Source of the DNA: Octopus vulgaris
Lineage: Eukaryota
Assembly (NCBI GenBank): GCA_951406725.2
Contig: OX597834.1
Span: 23,808,001-23,872,000 of the forward strand
DNA length: 64,000 bases
Direction: 5' to 3'
Under the pieces are notes generated by a model, which was not told where the DNA came from, ran no database searches, and saw only the letters and a program-made list of their open reading frames with translations. Positions 37,746 through 50,874 of the stretch are shown piece by piece. The position numbers and the translations under genes are program-made. How positions within the stretch are numbered: position 1 is the stretch's first letter; every line of letters begins with the position of its first letter.

Positions 37746-38524
37746 AGTATTTGAACTCAAAGCAATAAGATAGTGAATATTGCAAGATACAACAACTACA
37801 TCACAGTTTAAACGAAGATACCATTTGTTAACAATAACATTAGACAAGGTGTGGATATGACTTTCAGATAATGAAAGAGTGACATTATAAAGCAGTGAGT
37901 CATAATTAAAGGACATTTTTATTAGAAATCTTTTGTTACCAGTACTTTTCAATTTGATATATACTACAATATATATAAATCTATCTATCTGTCTTTGTGT
38001 CTATCTATCTATCTATCTATCTATCTTTTTATATTCATACATATATATATATCTGTCTGTCTCACTCTCTCTCTCTCTTTACCTATCTATCTATCCACAC
38101 ACACACACAAAATGAGTTCTCATTCACTTTTGTGATGGTCTTTTCTGTGGATTAATTAATTTTCAATTATTGGAAAGTCTCCATCCAATGATGGATTTTA
38201 TTTTAGTTCATTCTATTAATATTCTTTCTTTTCATTGATATTTCTAATAATTAAGGTGGTGAGTTGGCAGAATCATTAGCATACCAAGCAAAATACTTAG
38301 AAGCATTTCTTCCATCTTTACATTGAGTTCAGATTCCATCAACGTTGACTTTGCCTTTCATCCTTTCAAGGTCAATAAAATAAGTACCAGTTGAACACTG
38401 GGGTTAATGTAATTGTCTTATCCCCTCCTCCGGAATTACTGGCCTTGTACCAAAATTTGAAATTGACATTTCTAATTATTATATTTATTTTTTGACATGT
38501 TGTTTTGTATCTCCATTTTACTGT

Positions 38525-38824
38525 GGAGGCACATGGCCTAGTGGTTAGAGCAGCGGACTCGCGGTCGAGGGATTGTGGGTTCGAATCTCAGACCGGGCGG
38601 TGTGTGTGTTTATGAGCAAAACACCTAAGCTCCACATGACTCTGACAGAAGGTAATGGCGAACCTCTGCTGACTCTTTCGCCACAACTTTCTCTCACTCT
38701 CTCCTCCTGCATCTTGCAGCTCACCTGCGACGGACTGGCGTCCCATCCAGGTGGGGAACCTATATGCCAAGAAACCGGGAAACCAGCCCTTATGAGCCAG
38801 GCATGGCTCGAGAAGGAACAAACC
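38525..38824 (+). mobile_element. tRNA-derived SINE family D with V-domain-like segment
   Basis: tRNA-like head TGGCCTAGTGGTTAGAGCAGCGGACT...GGTTCGAATC; CCTGCGACGGACTGGCGTCCCATCCAGG resembles the V-SINE domain. Confidence 0.7.
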
Positions 38825-39949
38825 CACATCTCCATCTTACTGAATAAAAATCTTTCATCATCTTCATATCTCATCTTCTATCTTTAATGCATTTTTCTTT
38901 TTTAAATACTTCAAACTGTGTGCATGCATGCGCATGTGTTTGAGAGAGAGAGAGAGCATGGCCACAAATGACATTCCTGTATGTATAGATAGCCACAGTT
39001 TTACTTAGCTTGACATGTCCTCTCAAGCACAGCATATCGCCAAAAGCCTCAGTCCCTTGTCATCTTTGTGAGGCTCAACATCTGAAGATCATTTCTCAGC
39101 ACTTCATCCCACATCCTCCTGTGTCTTCCTCTTCCATAAGTTCCCTCCACAACAGTAGCTGTCCTCATCCATATGCATCCCATGACCATACCAGCACAGT
39201 CTTCTCTCTTGCACACTACATCAGATGTCCCTAATACCCAATCTTAAAACATTTACACTCTATTGTACAGGCACACTGATATTACACAACCAGTGGAGCA
39301 TGGTGGTTTCATTTCTTTAAAGCCTTTGCATGCCCTCTGTGGTCACAGTCTCTGACTGTGTAGCATATGCCATGTAGCATGGCTGCCTGTGTACATGCAT
39401 CATAAAATCTGTTTTTCACTCTGATGGAAATCGAAATCGATCAAAATCAATGGAAATTGTAGTTGTGACACCAGTGCCGGTGGCACGTAAAAGAACCATT
39501 TGAATGTGGCCGTTGCCAGCACCACCTCAACTGGCCTCCATGCCAGTAGCACGTAAAAAGCACCAACCGATCGTGGCTGTTTCCAGCCTCCCCTGGCACC
39601 TGTGCCACCGGCACGTAAAAAGCACCCACAACACTCACGGAGTGGTTGGCGTTAGGAAGGGCATCCAGCTGTAGAAACACTGCCATATCAGACTGGGCCT
39701 GGTGCAGCCTCTTGGTTTCCCAGAACCCGGTCGAACCGTCCAACCCATGCTAGCATGGAAAGCGGACGTTAAACGATGATGATGATGAAGAGGCTCTTTG
39801 TGAACAAAAAAGGTAGTAGCTCTTTGAACTTTCTCCAACCTGTTCTTATTCTAGCTTCTTTGCTTTCAGAGCATTGTGCTAAGGAGAAACACTACTGGTG
39901 CTATCTTCTTGATAAGGCAATTGCAGGAGAAGTATTTAGTAAAAAAATA

Positions 39950-40575
39950 AACCTCTGTACTTGGCTTTTGCCGACATGTAGAAAGCTTTGACAGAGACCC
40001 CTACTGCTTTATCTAGTGATCAATGCAAAAGCTAGGGATAGGTGAGTGATTGATAAGAGCCATACAAGTCATGTACAGGGATGCTATTAGTAAGGTACTG
40101 AATATAGAATTTAATCTAGAGGTAGAAATTCATCAATGATTTTGTTCCTCCAGAACATAACAAAGGAATTTAAGACTGGTTGCCTTTGGAAGCTTCTCTA
40201 TGCTGATAACCTTGTTCTAATGTCTGAATCTCTACTAGAATTAGGGAAGAAATTTCAGGTGTGGAAGGGAGGACTGGAGCCAAAGGGTCTTAGAGTTAAT
40301 TTAGTAAAGACCAAAGTCCTAGTCAGTAGGAAGGCTGATAAATTACTAATCCCTTCAGGGAAATGGCCCTGCGCAATATGTAGCAAAGGTGTAGGCAGAA
40401 ACTCCATACAATGTACCCAGTGGTGTCAGAGGAAGGTTAACTGAGAAAATAGTATTTGTGTGTGGCAGATGTACAGGTATAATAAAACTTTAAAATGTAC
40501 AGGAAATAGATAACTTCATGCCTGGGGGATCCTTAGAAGAAATAGATAGCTTCTGTTACTTAGGTGACCAAGTTT
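39950..40575 (+). mobile_element. RTE LINE reverse transcriptase fragment
   Basis: WKLLYADNLVL (YADD-like), LRVNLVKTKVLV, GKWPCAICSKGVGRNSIQC. Confidence 0.85.
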
Positions 40576-40896
40576 AATACATTTGAAAATGGTTTTTGTT
40601 TCATTGGTCCTTCCAACTAATGGTTTTTACAATGACCAGTTGCATGCAATAGACAAAATTCAGTATAAAATCGAAGAAGACCTTAAATCGAAAATAGTTT
40701 ATAAAGAAGGACAGAGTCTAAATATATAGGTTAAATAATTATTTGTAAAATATTGATCAATTACTACATTAAAAGTTATATCCGTTTTTAAACATTTTCT
40801 CATTGAATTACATATAGATTTAGTAATATATGCACATACCAGGCCATCTATAATATACATATATACACTAAAACATATAGACACATGTACATAGCT

Positions 40897-41983
40897 TTGA
40901 TTTTTGCAGGCTTCTATGGGTTGAATTAAGGTTATTGAGGCAGATTTTCTATGGCTAAATACCTTTCCTATTGCCAACTCTTACCTTATCTGTTTCCAAG
41001 CAAGGTAATATTTCGCTATGGCCAGACATGATTTCATGGGAGATTGGAAATGAGTGACCTTCATTCACAACAATCATGCAATGTCAAGACAAAGAGAAAC
41101 AAACATACACCCACCCACACATATACACACATCCTCCTCATCATTTGTATATATATACAATATATACAAATGCATATATATATATATATATATATAATAT
41201 GCACACATGCATGTGCATAAAATCTCCTGATGTATGCTTATACAAGTTAATTGTTACAGGTGAAAGAAAGAGATGGAAAAATCAGAAAATATTAAGTATG
41301 GAGAGGAGGAAGAAAACAGTGTTTATGTCCCTGTAACTTAGCGGTTCGGCAAAAGAGACCGATAGAATAAGTACTAGGCTTACAAAGAATAATTCCTGGG
41401 GTCGATTTGCTCAACTAAAAGTAGTGCTCCAGCATAGCCACAGTCAAATGACTGAAACAAGTAAAGAGTAAAAAGTATATATATATATTACATCAGACAC
41501 AGAAGAGATCTCACTTGTGTGTACGTGAATGCTTCTGTGTCTGATGTAATATAATCTCAATTACTTTATTGATAATCAATAAAAAAAATTCAAAAGAAAA
41601 TAATACTAATTTCCAAATGTATTCAATTCTTTTAGATTTACTTACCAAAGAATGATACCTGAAGCTGTGTCAGTCAGTGCATACATATCACACAAACATC
41701 TGTCTCTCTTCATCATCATCATCGTTTTAAACCTTGATTTTTGCAGGCTTCTATGGGTTGAATTAAGGTTATTGAGGCAGATTTTCTGTGGCTAGATACC
41801 TTTCCTATTGCCAACTCTTACCTTATCTGTTTCGCAGCAAGGTAATATTTCGCTATGGCCAGACATGATTTCATGGGAGATTGGAAATGAGTGACCTTCA
41901 TTCACAACAATCATGCAATGTCAAGACAAAGAGAAACAAACATACATCCACCTACACATATACACACATCCTCCTCATCATTT
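40897..41983. repeat. About 250-bp direct repeat (40897-41145 and 41734-41983)
   Basis: Near-identical blocks TTGATTTTTGCAGGCTTCTATGGG...CATCCTCCTCATCATTT, offset by 837 bp. Confidence 0.92.
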
Positions 41984-42370
41984 AACATCTGTTTCCCATC
42001 CTGGTGTGGGTTGGATGGTTTGAGAGGAACCAATAGGACAAAAGACTGCACTAAACCCTGCTGTCTACTTTGGCAAGGTTTCTACGGCTGGATGTCCCAA
42101 TCATTTTTCATATGGCACATACTGCAATAAGATTACCAAGTAGCTTACAAGACAAGATCCCTCCATCTAGGGGAAGTATTATATTGAAGGAGAGAAAAAG
42201 GAATCATGCACGAGAGGAGAAACATTGACACCTCAGGTGGAGAGAAGAGGAAGATGTGATGGGGGGTAGGGCTGTGTGTCATTTACCCAAGTCTCAGGGA
42301 GGTGTATACAGTGAAGAGTGCAGGGCATTGGAGAGGGTGGATGGATGGGTAAGTTCTTGAGATTGCAAAA

Positions 42371-42507
42371 GGACTTATTCTTTGTAAGCCTAGTACTTAT
42401 TCTATCGGTCTCTTTTGCCGAACCGCTAAGTTACAGGGACGTAAGCACACCAGCATCGGTTGTCAAGCGATGTTGGGGGGGGGAGGGAGGGACAAACACA
42501 CAAACAT

Positions 42508-42572
<65 letters not shown>

Positions 42573-42754
42573 CATACATACATACATACGACGGGCTTCT
42601 TTCAGTTTTCGTCTACCAAATTCACTCACAAGGCTTTGGTCGGTTGGTTGGCCCGAGGCTATAGTAGAAGACACTTGCCCGAGGTGTCACACAGTGGGAC
42701 TGAACCTGGAACCATGTGGTTCGTAAGCAAGCTACTTACCACACAGCCACTCCT
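42371..42754 (-). mobile_element. SINE family A
   Basis: Reverse complement of the family, lacking the 3' tail. Confidence 0.85.
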
Positions 42755-44082
42755 ATGACTATATATATACTTATTATATAAATGTGCTTTGTATCTGTAC
42801 TTAAGTGTTTATGTGTACGTGGTGTCATGTTTCTCCAATTCTTTTCCATGAGTTCATCTAATAACAACATCAACAGGATGTGGGGAAAGTATGGGAGCCG
42901 AGTCCAGTAACATTTTTTATCTTTTATTTTAACTGTCCCTCACCCCCCTCATCCTTCCCTCACCATTTGTATAACATAACTTAATGAAGCATTTGGACCA
43001 GTTTGGTTTTTAATAAAATATATTTTTGCTACTTCTAACAATTTTCCTTCAAGTCATTGATGGGGGGAAAAAATGGCTGAAAAAGGATTTAATAGGAAAG
43101 GTATGATGGAAAGAGAGAGGGAGAGAGAGAAAGAGAGAAAGAAAGAGAGAAAAAAGAAAGAAACACACTGTAACAATGAATTAGTATTTTTGGTAGTATT
43201 TTATATTATTATCTTTTGTTGTTGTTGTTAATGTAAAACTAACAAAAATATGAAAATAAAATATATTGTGTGAATGAAAAGAGAAATAAAAATAACATGG
43301 ATTTTTTTATTTTTGATTAGTAGAAACTCTGGGAATTCATTCATTGACTGATTGATTATTTGGTGGAAGTGGGGAAGGAAAGTGTGAGAATATGGGGACG
43401 AGAGCTGAAACCTGGAGAAAAATGTAATAATAATTACCCAGAGAGAGAGAGAGAGAGATGGAGGCATATTTTTGATATTTTCCATGCTAGTATTGGTTGG
43501 ACAGTTCGACAGGATCTGGCAAGCTGCACTAAGTTCTAGCATCAGCTTTGATATGGTTTCTATTGTTGGATGCTCTTCCTAATGCCAACCATATTACAGT
43601 GTGTACTGAGTGTGTTTTTTATTCCACCACCACTAGTGAGGTTGCCAAGTAAGAACAGGGAAAAGGGAAACAGAAAAAGGAAAAAGCTCCCACAACTATG
43701 TTGGGGTGGGTAGTATTTGAGAGGGGGATGTGGCTTTATAGCAAGTGTTGGAAGGCTAAAGTTTGACAGAGGGAAAAGCACAGGTATTTTGCTATGTAAA
43801 GGATACATGGCTACTACACATTATAAATAAGGGTGGATAGGACAAGGTGAGATAAAGGAGGTAGTGATTGAGTGCCAGAGCAACTTGGTCAAGTTTAATA
43901 AAATTTAATATACACTCAATGCATGAAGTGTGATTGTTGGGCCCAAGGCCCAATGAAGAACCCTCCAGAGGAGCTAGCTTATGTGTGCGAATGTACATCT
44001 AAGCGCACATGCACACTCATATAAGCTAGTGTGTATATATATATATATATATCAAAATAAGCAACAAGGATATTCAGAGATA

Positions 44083-44172
44083 ATGCAGTACGATCGTTTC
44101 ATGCAACTCCATTTAATTGAACAATGCAAGTATTACATCAGTTTTAAAATGTAGAGCAATCTTCAGCTGCAT
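44083..44172 (-). ncRNA. Hammerhead ribozyme-like motif
   Basis: atgcag CTGAAGA ttgc...ttgcat GAA ACGATCGT A ctgcat: 6-bp stem I, palindromic stem III, GUA cleavage triplet. Confidence 0.7.
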
Positions 44173-44589
44173 AAAAATATAGAATTTAGTTGAATTCAAA
44201 AGATTCATTTTTATGGTTATTCCATTAACCAAAATCACAAAGAGGGTAAGTAGGTAGACAAAGAACAAGTTTCATCAACAATACATTATTTTTTCACAGG
44301 AAGACACTGCTTATCATTGATTTTACTTTATTTAGATTTACTGATAATACATTGTTGATTAAATAAAAAATAGTAGGGTGTATTATTTCCTTATTGGATT
44401 TTAAAAAAAACATTAAGATCTAAAATTTATACTATTTTTATAAGGCTGTGCCTTTCTTACTATGTCCCATTTAAGGCTAAATCTAATATTATTTCCTTTT
44501 AACTCCCAAATTTTATTAGATAGCGTCTAAAAGTTGAATTATGATTGTTTATACGTTTCTTCAGGTCTATAGTACAACCGAAATAAATA

Positions 44590-45325
44590 AAGCTTTTGTT
44601 TCTAATATGCAGCACAAGACCAAGCATTAAGGACTAATTGGATAAAAGCCAAGATAGACAAAAACCAAGTAGGTTCCTAATGTAGGTTATGCAACTCAAA
44701 AGAGGAAAGTGCTACTCATATAGTAAGTGAATGTAGCATGCTGTCACAGAAAGAATACAAGAAAAGACATGATAACCTAGGGAGATTAATCCAATAGGAG
44801 TTATGTAAAAAGCTAGGATTTGACCATACTGATAAATGGTATGAACATAAGTTTAGTAAAGTACTATAAAGTAATAATACAAGATGTTGTGGGAGTTTAA
44901 CATTCAGACTGACAGAATAATAGAAACTAAAAGGCCTGATTAAGCAGTAATAGATAAAAAGGAAAGAAAGTGCCAGATAATTGACTTTACAGTCCCAAAT
45001 GATGAGAAAATAAATATGAGAGGTATATAAAAAATAGCAAAGTACCAGGACCAAGCCATTGAATTACAGAGACTATGGAAAGTGCGGGTAAAATGTATCC
45101 CAGTAGTTATAGGTGCATTGGGAACTATCACTAGAGATTTGAACAGATGGATAGAAGAAATAGGCATAAAACCCAGTTTAGTACAGCTCCAGAAAACTGT
45201 TATTAAGGACATAGGATATTTAAGAGGGTTCTTGTCATTTAAGGTTACTTGTTGTTGCTTGATGTTAGGAATTTTTTTCTCCAACAATTTAATCTGTTGT
45301 GAGTATATATGAATAATAATAATAC
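44590..45325 (+). mobile_element. RLE-type LINE 3' end (R4/Dong-like)
   Basis: CRLC..E..HIVSEC zinc knuckle, RHD, RPD, IDFTVP, KYQD and IPVVIGALG motifs; (TAA)n tail. Confidence 0.85.
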
Positions 45326-46199
45326 TTTTCATAAGTAATAATTCCATTTTGCTTTGTGGTAAAGGCTTCATTTTTGAAGTATATTGACACACGTTTCATT
45401 GATTATTGACCGAGGAGAAATGGAAATGGCATTCAACTCTGGTTAATTCTGGAACTATAATAGATTAACCTCCCCCACTTGCCCATAATCACTGCTAATC
45501 ATGATTAAATATGGCAATGGAAAGAAAGTTGGCAATGATGATGATGATGGTGGATGTGACAATGATGGTGGTGGTGGTGGCAATTATGATGATGATGATG
45601 ATATAAATGATGTTGATGGTGTCAAAAATGATGGTAAACATGACAATGATGATGTTGATGGCGATAATAAGAGTGATGATGATGATAATGGCTTTTGTTT
45701 GAAAGACAACATTAATATTTAAGAAAATACCAGAAAGGTAAAAAAAAATGAAGACCAAACACAACTACTGTGGTTGGTACTTTTGTACTACTAATTCTCT
45801 CATTGCTTTTGTCCTTTTCTCTTTCTTTTTCTCTCTCATGTATGTATCTATCTATCTGTCTGTCTGTCTAAATTAATTGATAGACAGATGGACAGATAGA
45901 TATGTGTGTATATTTGTGTGTACATGTGTGTATCTGTGTGGTGATTTCAAGTCAATAGCTGATGAACACAACATCCTGTAGTACAAGTTGTATTAAAAAA
46001 TTTTTAAGTACAACTCTAACACACACTGATACATATCTTTCTTTTATCGTTTACTTGTTTCAGTCATTAGACTGTGGCCATGCTGGGGTAACACCTTGAA
46101 GAATTTTTAGTCAGATGATTCGACCCTAATACTTCTTTTTTTCTAAGCCTGGTACTTATTCTATCTTCCTCTTTTGCTGAATTGCTATGTGTGCAGCAT

Positions 46200-47560
46200 G
46201 CTTTTGGGGGCTTGACTTAGACTTCCTCTCCTACCTGCACAAAGACAGGCTCTCTCTCTCTCTTCCACAGCATGTTGTGATGTACATGGATGCCGCTATT
46301 CACACCTGAATATCACTCTGTGTGGCATGGACTCCTCTGCCTGTCCTGATCAGGGTGATATACTGTACCAGAATACTGCTTCCAGTGGTGTGATGTGTCC
46401 CCTCTCCACCATGGCCTTGATTGTGCAATGGTGTCTTTCCATGATCCCATTTCCACTCAGCCTGTAATGCCACTCTGAAGAAGGAGTGCATGTTCCACTT
46501 ATCAAAGCATCTCCTTCAGCATCTCTCAATGAAATGTGGTGTCATTATCCATCAGTAATTCATCCACAGGATCCTGTTCCAGGAATATATCATTCAGGAT
46601 ACATGCAACCTCATCTGCAGTACCTGTTTTCATTTTCCTCCATATGGTCATCCAACTCAGTCTGCTGTTGACCCTTGAAAGATATGTCCCCTGCCAGTAG
46701 TGTGTCACATCCACCACCAATCGTCTCCAGTTGTGCTCCACTGAGATGTTTCCTGGCTCATGCACACCTATTACAATTCCCATCCACCTTTTGAATGGAA
46801 AGACACAGGGTTCTATCCACACCCATATGATGCATGACATACAGTCCCCTTAGTTCTGAGTCACTTAGCTGACACATTGCAGCTATTCCCCACTCTGAAT
46901 CTTCTGGCACTGCCAACCAGATTTTTCTCACCCTGGTTAGAATGTCAGCCTTATTCCTCTCTGAGGGCACAAAAATCACTTTCAGCTTCATACCAAGTTC
47001 AGTCGCTAGTTCTCCAAGAACCCCCAGGTGGTGCTTTACTAACATTTCTGCAGCCCCTTTGGTTTGAACTCTCTTTTCATTGGTGATCACTGGTCCTACC
47101 CACCCAAGCACAGTAGCTGAATTGGTTCAGATTTCGATGGAGTGCAGCCAGATTCACCTCCTTCAGCACTGTATCCAACTTAGCCATGTTGATGTCGTTG
47201 TTGTCATCTGCTTTTCAAAGTTAGGCTGCATCTTCCACTTCAACAACTCCGATTTCCAGGATAACCACTGTTGCTTGCACTTGAGATCATAGTGCTCCCA
47301 CATTCCTCAGCCTGCAACCAATATTGGCACTGAATATCTTTCCCTGGCTTGTATATCAGTAGGATGGACAGCATCTGTGAGGTGTGGTGTGAGCCTTATT
47401 GAACCTAAAATTTTAGGTTGTGCAATTGCTGGCGAAGGAACTTGCTGATGCCTGGTTGAGTAGGAGGACACCACAGTGAGTATGGAAGCCTTGGGCACAA
47501 GACTGGGTGAAGCCAACTGCAGCTATGATAACCTCATACATAGGCATTGTCATATTGCGT
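46200..47560 (-). mobile_element. Gypsy/Ty3 pol remnant (RNase H and integrase)
   Basis: VPSERNKADILTR, H.GVDRT, WRRLVVDVTHY and DELLMDNDTTF motifs. Confidence 0.85.
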
Positions 47561-48385
47561 GGGCAATGATCAGTGATGGTCTTCTTTAGTCAGATGACAG
47601 CCATCATATATGTATGTATACATACATACCCCCCCAACACGTGTGTGTGTGTGTATGAATTAATTATGCATTATACAGTGTTCATCCTCTACTCTGTCTT
47701 TTGTATGGTTCATAGAAAACCTATTTTCTCAACCCATGAGATCTATTGTTGTAGCCTGACAATTGTAAACAAATGTCTTTTTCTTTCCTTCTCTCCTTAG
47801 TCAAATAAAATGAAACTCTCTAACGAGCTTCAACTCTCATCAGACATAGAATACTTCCCAATCTGTATGCTGCTGATATTTGTATAAGAGCTTGTGTTTT
47901 ATCATTTGTTACTTATCTAGGGATCCTTGAAATGAAATTTCTAGTCATGATGTTGAATCACAAAAGGTCCATATCTTCCAATGCATACATAAACAAATAT
48001 ATCATCATCATTCTTTGTTCTATTTTCTTTGCTGTCATGGGTTGAACAGTTATAGTCTTTGTAAGACCTCTGCATTCAATGACCACGTCTTACTACCTTA
48101 CAACATTGCAGTTCTAACAAAAACATCATACAGCCTTTCAATTGTAAAGAGAAAGAATGAGAGAGAGTGGGGAGAGAGAGAAGGGGAAAGAGAGCGAGAA
48201 TGCCTTTGTTGCTAACAGAGGTAATAACTCTTTAAACTTTCTCCTACATGTTCTTTCTTTGGCTATTATAATTTCAGAACATTCTCCTTCATTACTATGA
48301 GGATGGGTTGAAAAGTTCATAGGCAGACTACGAAGGAGTGATGCTAGCACTGTGAAATCTTGCATGCAGTAATTTCAGCTCTTAA

Positions 48386-48606
48386 CCCTTTGGTGTTCAC
48401 ATTATTCTACCAAAATTAATGCTTTTCCATCCACATAGTTTTGAACTTATCATGAATTATCTTGTAGCTATGAGATTTTGATGAGGTAGCTGTTAATTTT
48501 TAAAACGATATTGTAGGGTTAGTGTGAGAGACCTGATCTGGCCAGTTTGAACATAAAACAGGCAGAATACTTTTGGCCGGATATGGCTGGTTTAAATGCT
48601 AAAGGG
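48386..48606. mobile_element. piggyBac-like MITE
   Basis: TTAA|CCCTTT...AAAGGG|TTAA; same family (reversed) as 50243-50874, with a fragment at about 33735-33850. Confidence 0.8.
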
Positions 48607-48749
48607 TTAATAACAATTGCATTGATTCTTTTTAGCTAAACTCACATCTGACTGTTCAAAGACTTCAAAAGTAACTAGTGACTAGATGTTCCAGCAAAAT
48701 CAATAGGGCAAAAGTGGGCAGCCAAATTTAGGAGGGGAAGGAAGAGGCT

Positions 48750-49316
48750 CTTCTTTGCTGTCACATCTCAAAAATGAACTTTTTTGGACCGAATAGTGAC
48801 TGGTGATGAGAAATGGGTTCTCAATAAAAATGTCAAGCACCGAAGGCAGTGGGGAGGGAAAGGAGAAACATCAGCATCCCAGGCTAAAGAAGGTCTTCAC
48901 CCACGTAAAGTGTTGTTATCTGTTTGGTGGAATAGGAAAGGTTTAGTCCACTTTGAACCCAAACCAAATGATAACAAAAGAGATCTACTGTGAGAAGCTT
49001 GAATGGCTTAAGTCAGTGTTTGAAGAAAAACGATCATCTTTGGTTTCAAGACTAAAGGTGTTCTTCCATCAGGAAGGTCACATACAGCAAGGACGACATT
49101 CCAAAGGCTGGAGCAGTTTGAATGGGAAACAATGCCCCACCCACCATATTTGCTGGACATTGTCTCATTTGATTATTATTTATCCTGCAGTCTTCAAAAT
49201 CACTTGGATAGAAAAAATATAAATTCTGTAGATCAGAATACTGGACAATACTGGAGAAGTATTTTTCATCATGGACAAGTGAATATTGGAAGAGGGGCCT
49301 TTTTGGCCAACCCAAT
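48750..49316 (+). mobile_element. Mariner 3' fragment
   Basis: LDRIVTGDEKWV, LHPRKVLLSVWWN and PHPPY..D....DYYL..SLQN motifs; terminal GGCCAACCCAA|TA. Confidence 0.88.
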
Positions 49317-49441
49317 ATATATATTTATATATGTCAGCATATGTGTGTGTATGCATATATGTGTGTGTATATGTGTATGTATGTATATATTTAACTATCA
49401 CCCTCTCTATATATATTATATGTGTATGTATACATGCATAC

Positions 49442-49478
<37 letters not shown>

Positions 49479-49503
49479 ATATATATATCTTATTATTATT
49501 ATC

Positions 49504-49556
<53 letters not shown>

Positions 49557-49557
49557 T
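49315..49557. repeat. Compound (TG)/(TA)/(TTA)n microsatellite
   Basis: Seen directly. Similar low-complexity tracts at 45535-45690 (GAT/GGT), 51540-51730 (GGT), 57290-57410 (CCA) and 57630-57880 (TCTG/ATCC). Confidence 0.9.
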
Positions 49558-50242
49558 CAAAACAGTTTGGTTTAGCTCCATGCGACTTAAAGTTTTGTAG
49601 GCTCCTAACTGGGGCCTACCAAATAGAGAAATGCAGGAAGTTCTAGACATCTGGTGGAAAATGAGCTGCTATTGGTCAGGGCAAGAAACATGGTAAACAT
49701 GGTGTTGTTAGAAGTGAGATTGCTATTCCAGTAATACCAGGTGCATTAGAAAGGAGAACTTCATGCACTGTGTGGCCGGACAGGACACTGGTGGTGCCCT
49801 GGTATCTGGCAGATTTAGAAGCCAACAGAAGCAAGGCTGGTGAGAGTGTGAGTGTGTATGTATAACAGCTGTGCAAATGCATGGATATGTTATTGGTTTT
49901 GTGTGTGTGTGTTTTCATTTGGAGCATGCGTGTGAGTATATATGTTTTTCATGCCTTTGGTAATAATATGTGCAGGCATGACAGACGTATGCTTGTCTAG
50001 TTGCAACCGTGTTGCTGGGGAGTGGGGATTGGGTGTTGGACTGAGGTTTGGTGGTGTGGGGGAAGGGAAAAGAGAAGCAGTAAACGTACACAGATGTGTA
50101 TATGTGTAGGTGTGTACATACTTTGATCATTCGATTGGTGTTGTTGTTGTTGTTATTCAACCCTAGGTCAGCCTTCCATCAAGGTAGTTCTTTAGTGTTG
50201 TCTGTTGTAAAGCATTCTCTACAATGACGGCACCACAATTAA

Positions 50243-50616
50243 CCCTTTGGTGTTTAAGCCGGCCATATCCGGCCCAAATATCCAACATGTTTTACATTCA
50301 AACTGGCCATATCTAACCCCTCACACCTAACCTACATTGACATTCTAAGAATAAACTATCACACCATCGAAACTTCAAAGCTGTAAGATAATGTATGATT
50401 AATTACTCTTTTACTTGTTTCAGTCATTTGACTGCGGCCATGCTGGAGCACCGCTTTTAGTCGAGCAAATCGACCTCGGGACTTATTCTTTGTAAGCCCA
50501 GTACTTATTATATCGGTCTCTTTTGCCGAACCGCTAAGTGATGGGGACGTAAACACACCAGCATCGGTTGTCAAGCAATGCTAGGGGGACAAACACAGAC
50601 ACAAACATACACACAA

Positions 50617-50660
<44 letters not shown>

Positions 50661-50874
50661 CAGGCTTCTTTCAGTTTCCGTCTACCAAATCCACTCACAA
50701 GGCATTGGTCGGCCCGAGGCTATAGCAGAAGACACTTGCCCAAGATGCCACGCAGTGGGACTGAACCCGGAACCATGTGGTTGGTAAGCAAGCTACTTAC
50801 CACACCGCCACTCCTGAAAATAATTTGAGCGAAAAATGTATTACATTTAACAGATTAAGCTGAACACTAAAGGG
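50243..50874. mobile_element. piggyBac-like MITE interrupted by a SINE
   Basis: TTAA|CCCTTTGGTGTT...AACACTAAAGGG|TTAA. Confidence 0.8.
50403..50816 (-). mobile_element. SINE family A, nested in a piggyBac-like MITE
   Basis: Full-length reverse copy interrupting the 50243-50874 element. Confidence 0.87.

Noticed and set aside
38528-38596. tRNA gene
   Set aside because: It has A/B boxes but no convincing acceptor stem, and it runs into a SINE body and tail, so it is a SINE head.
41640-41700. Possible minus-strand exon ending TTTG|gtaagt (CLCDMYALTDTASGIIL)
   Set aside because: Good donor but no pyrimidine-rich acceptor and no recognisable homology.
47780-47886. Possible plus-strand exon MKLSNELQLSSDIEYFPI after a strong polypyrimidine acceptor
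   Set aside because: Weak donor, no recognisable protein and no partner exons found.
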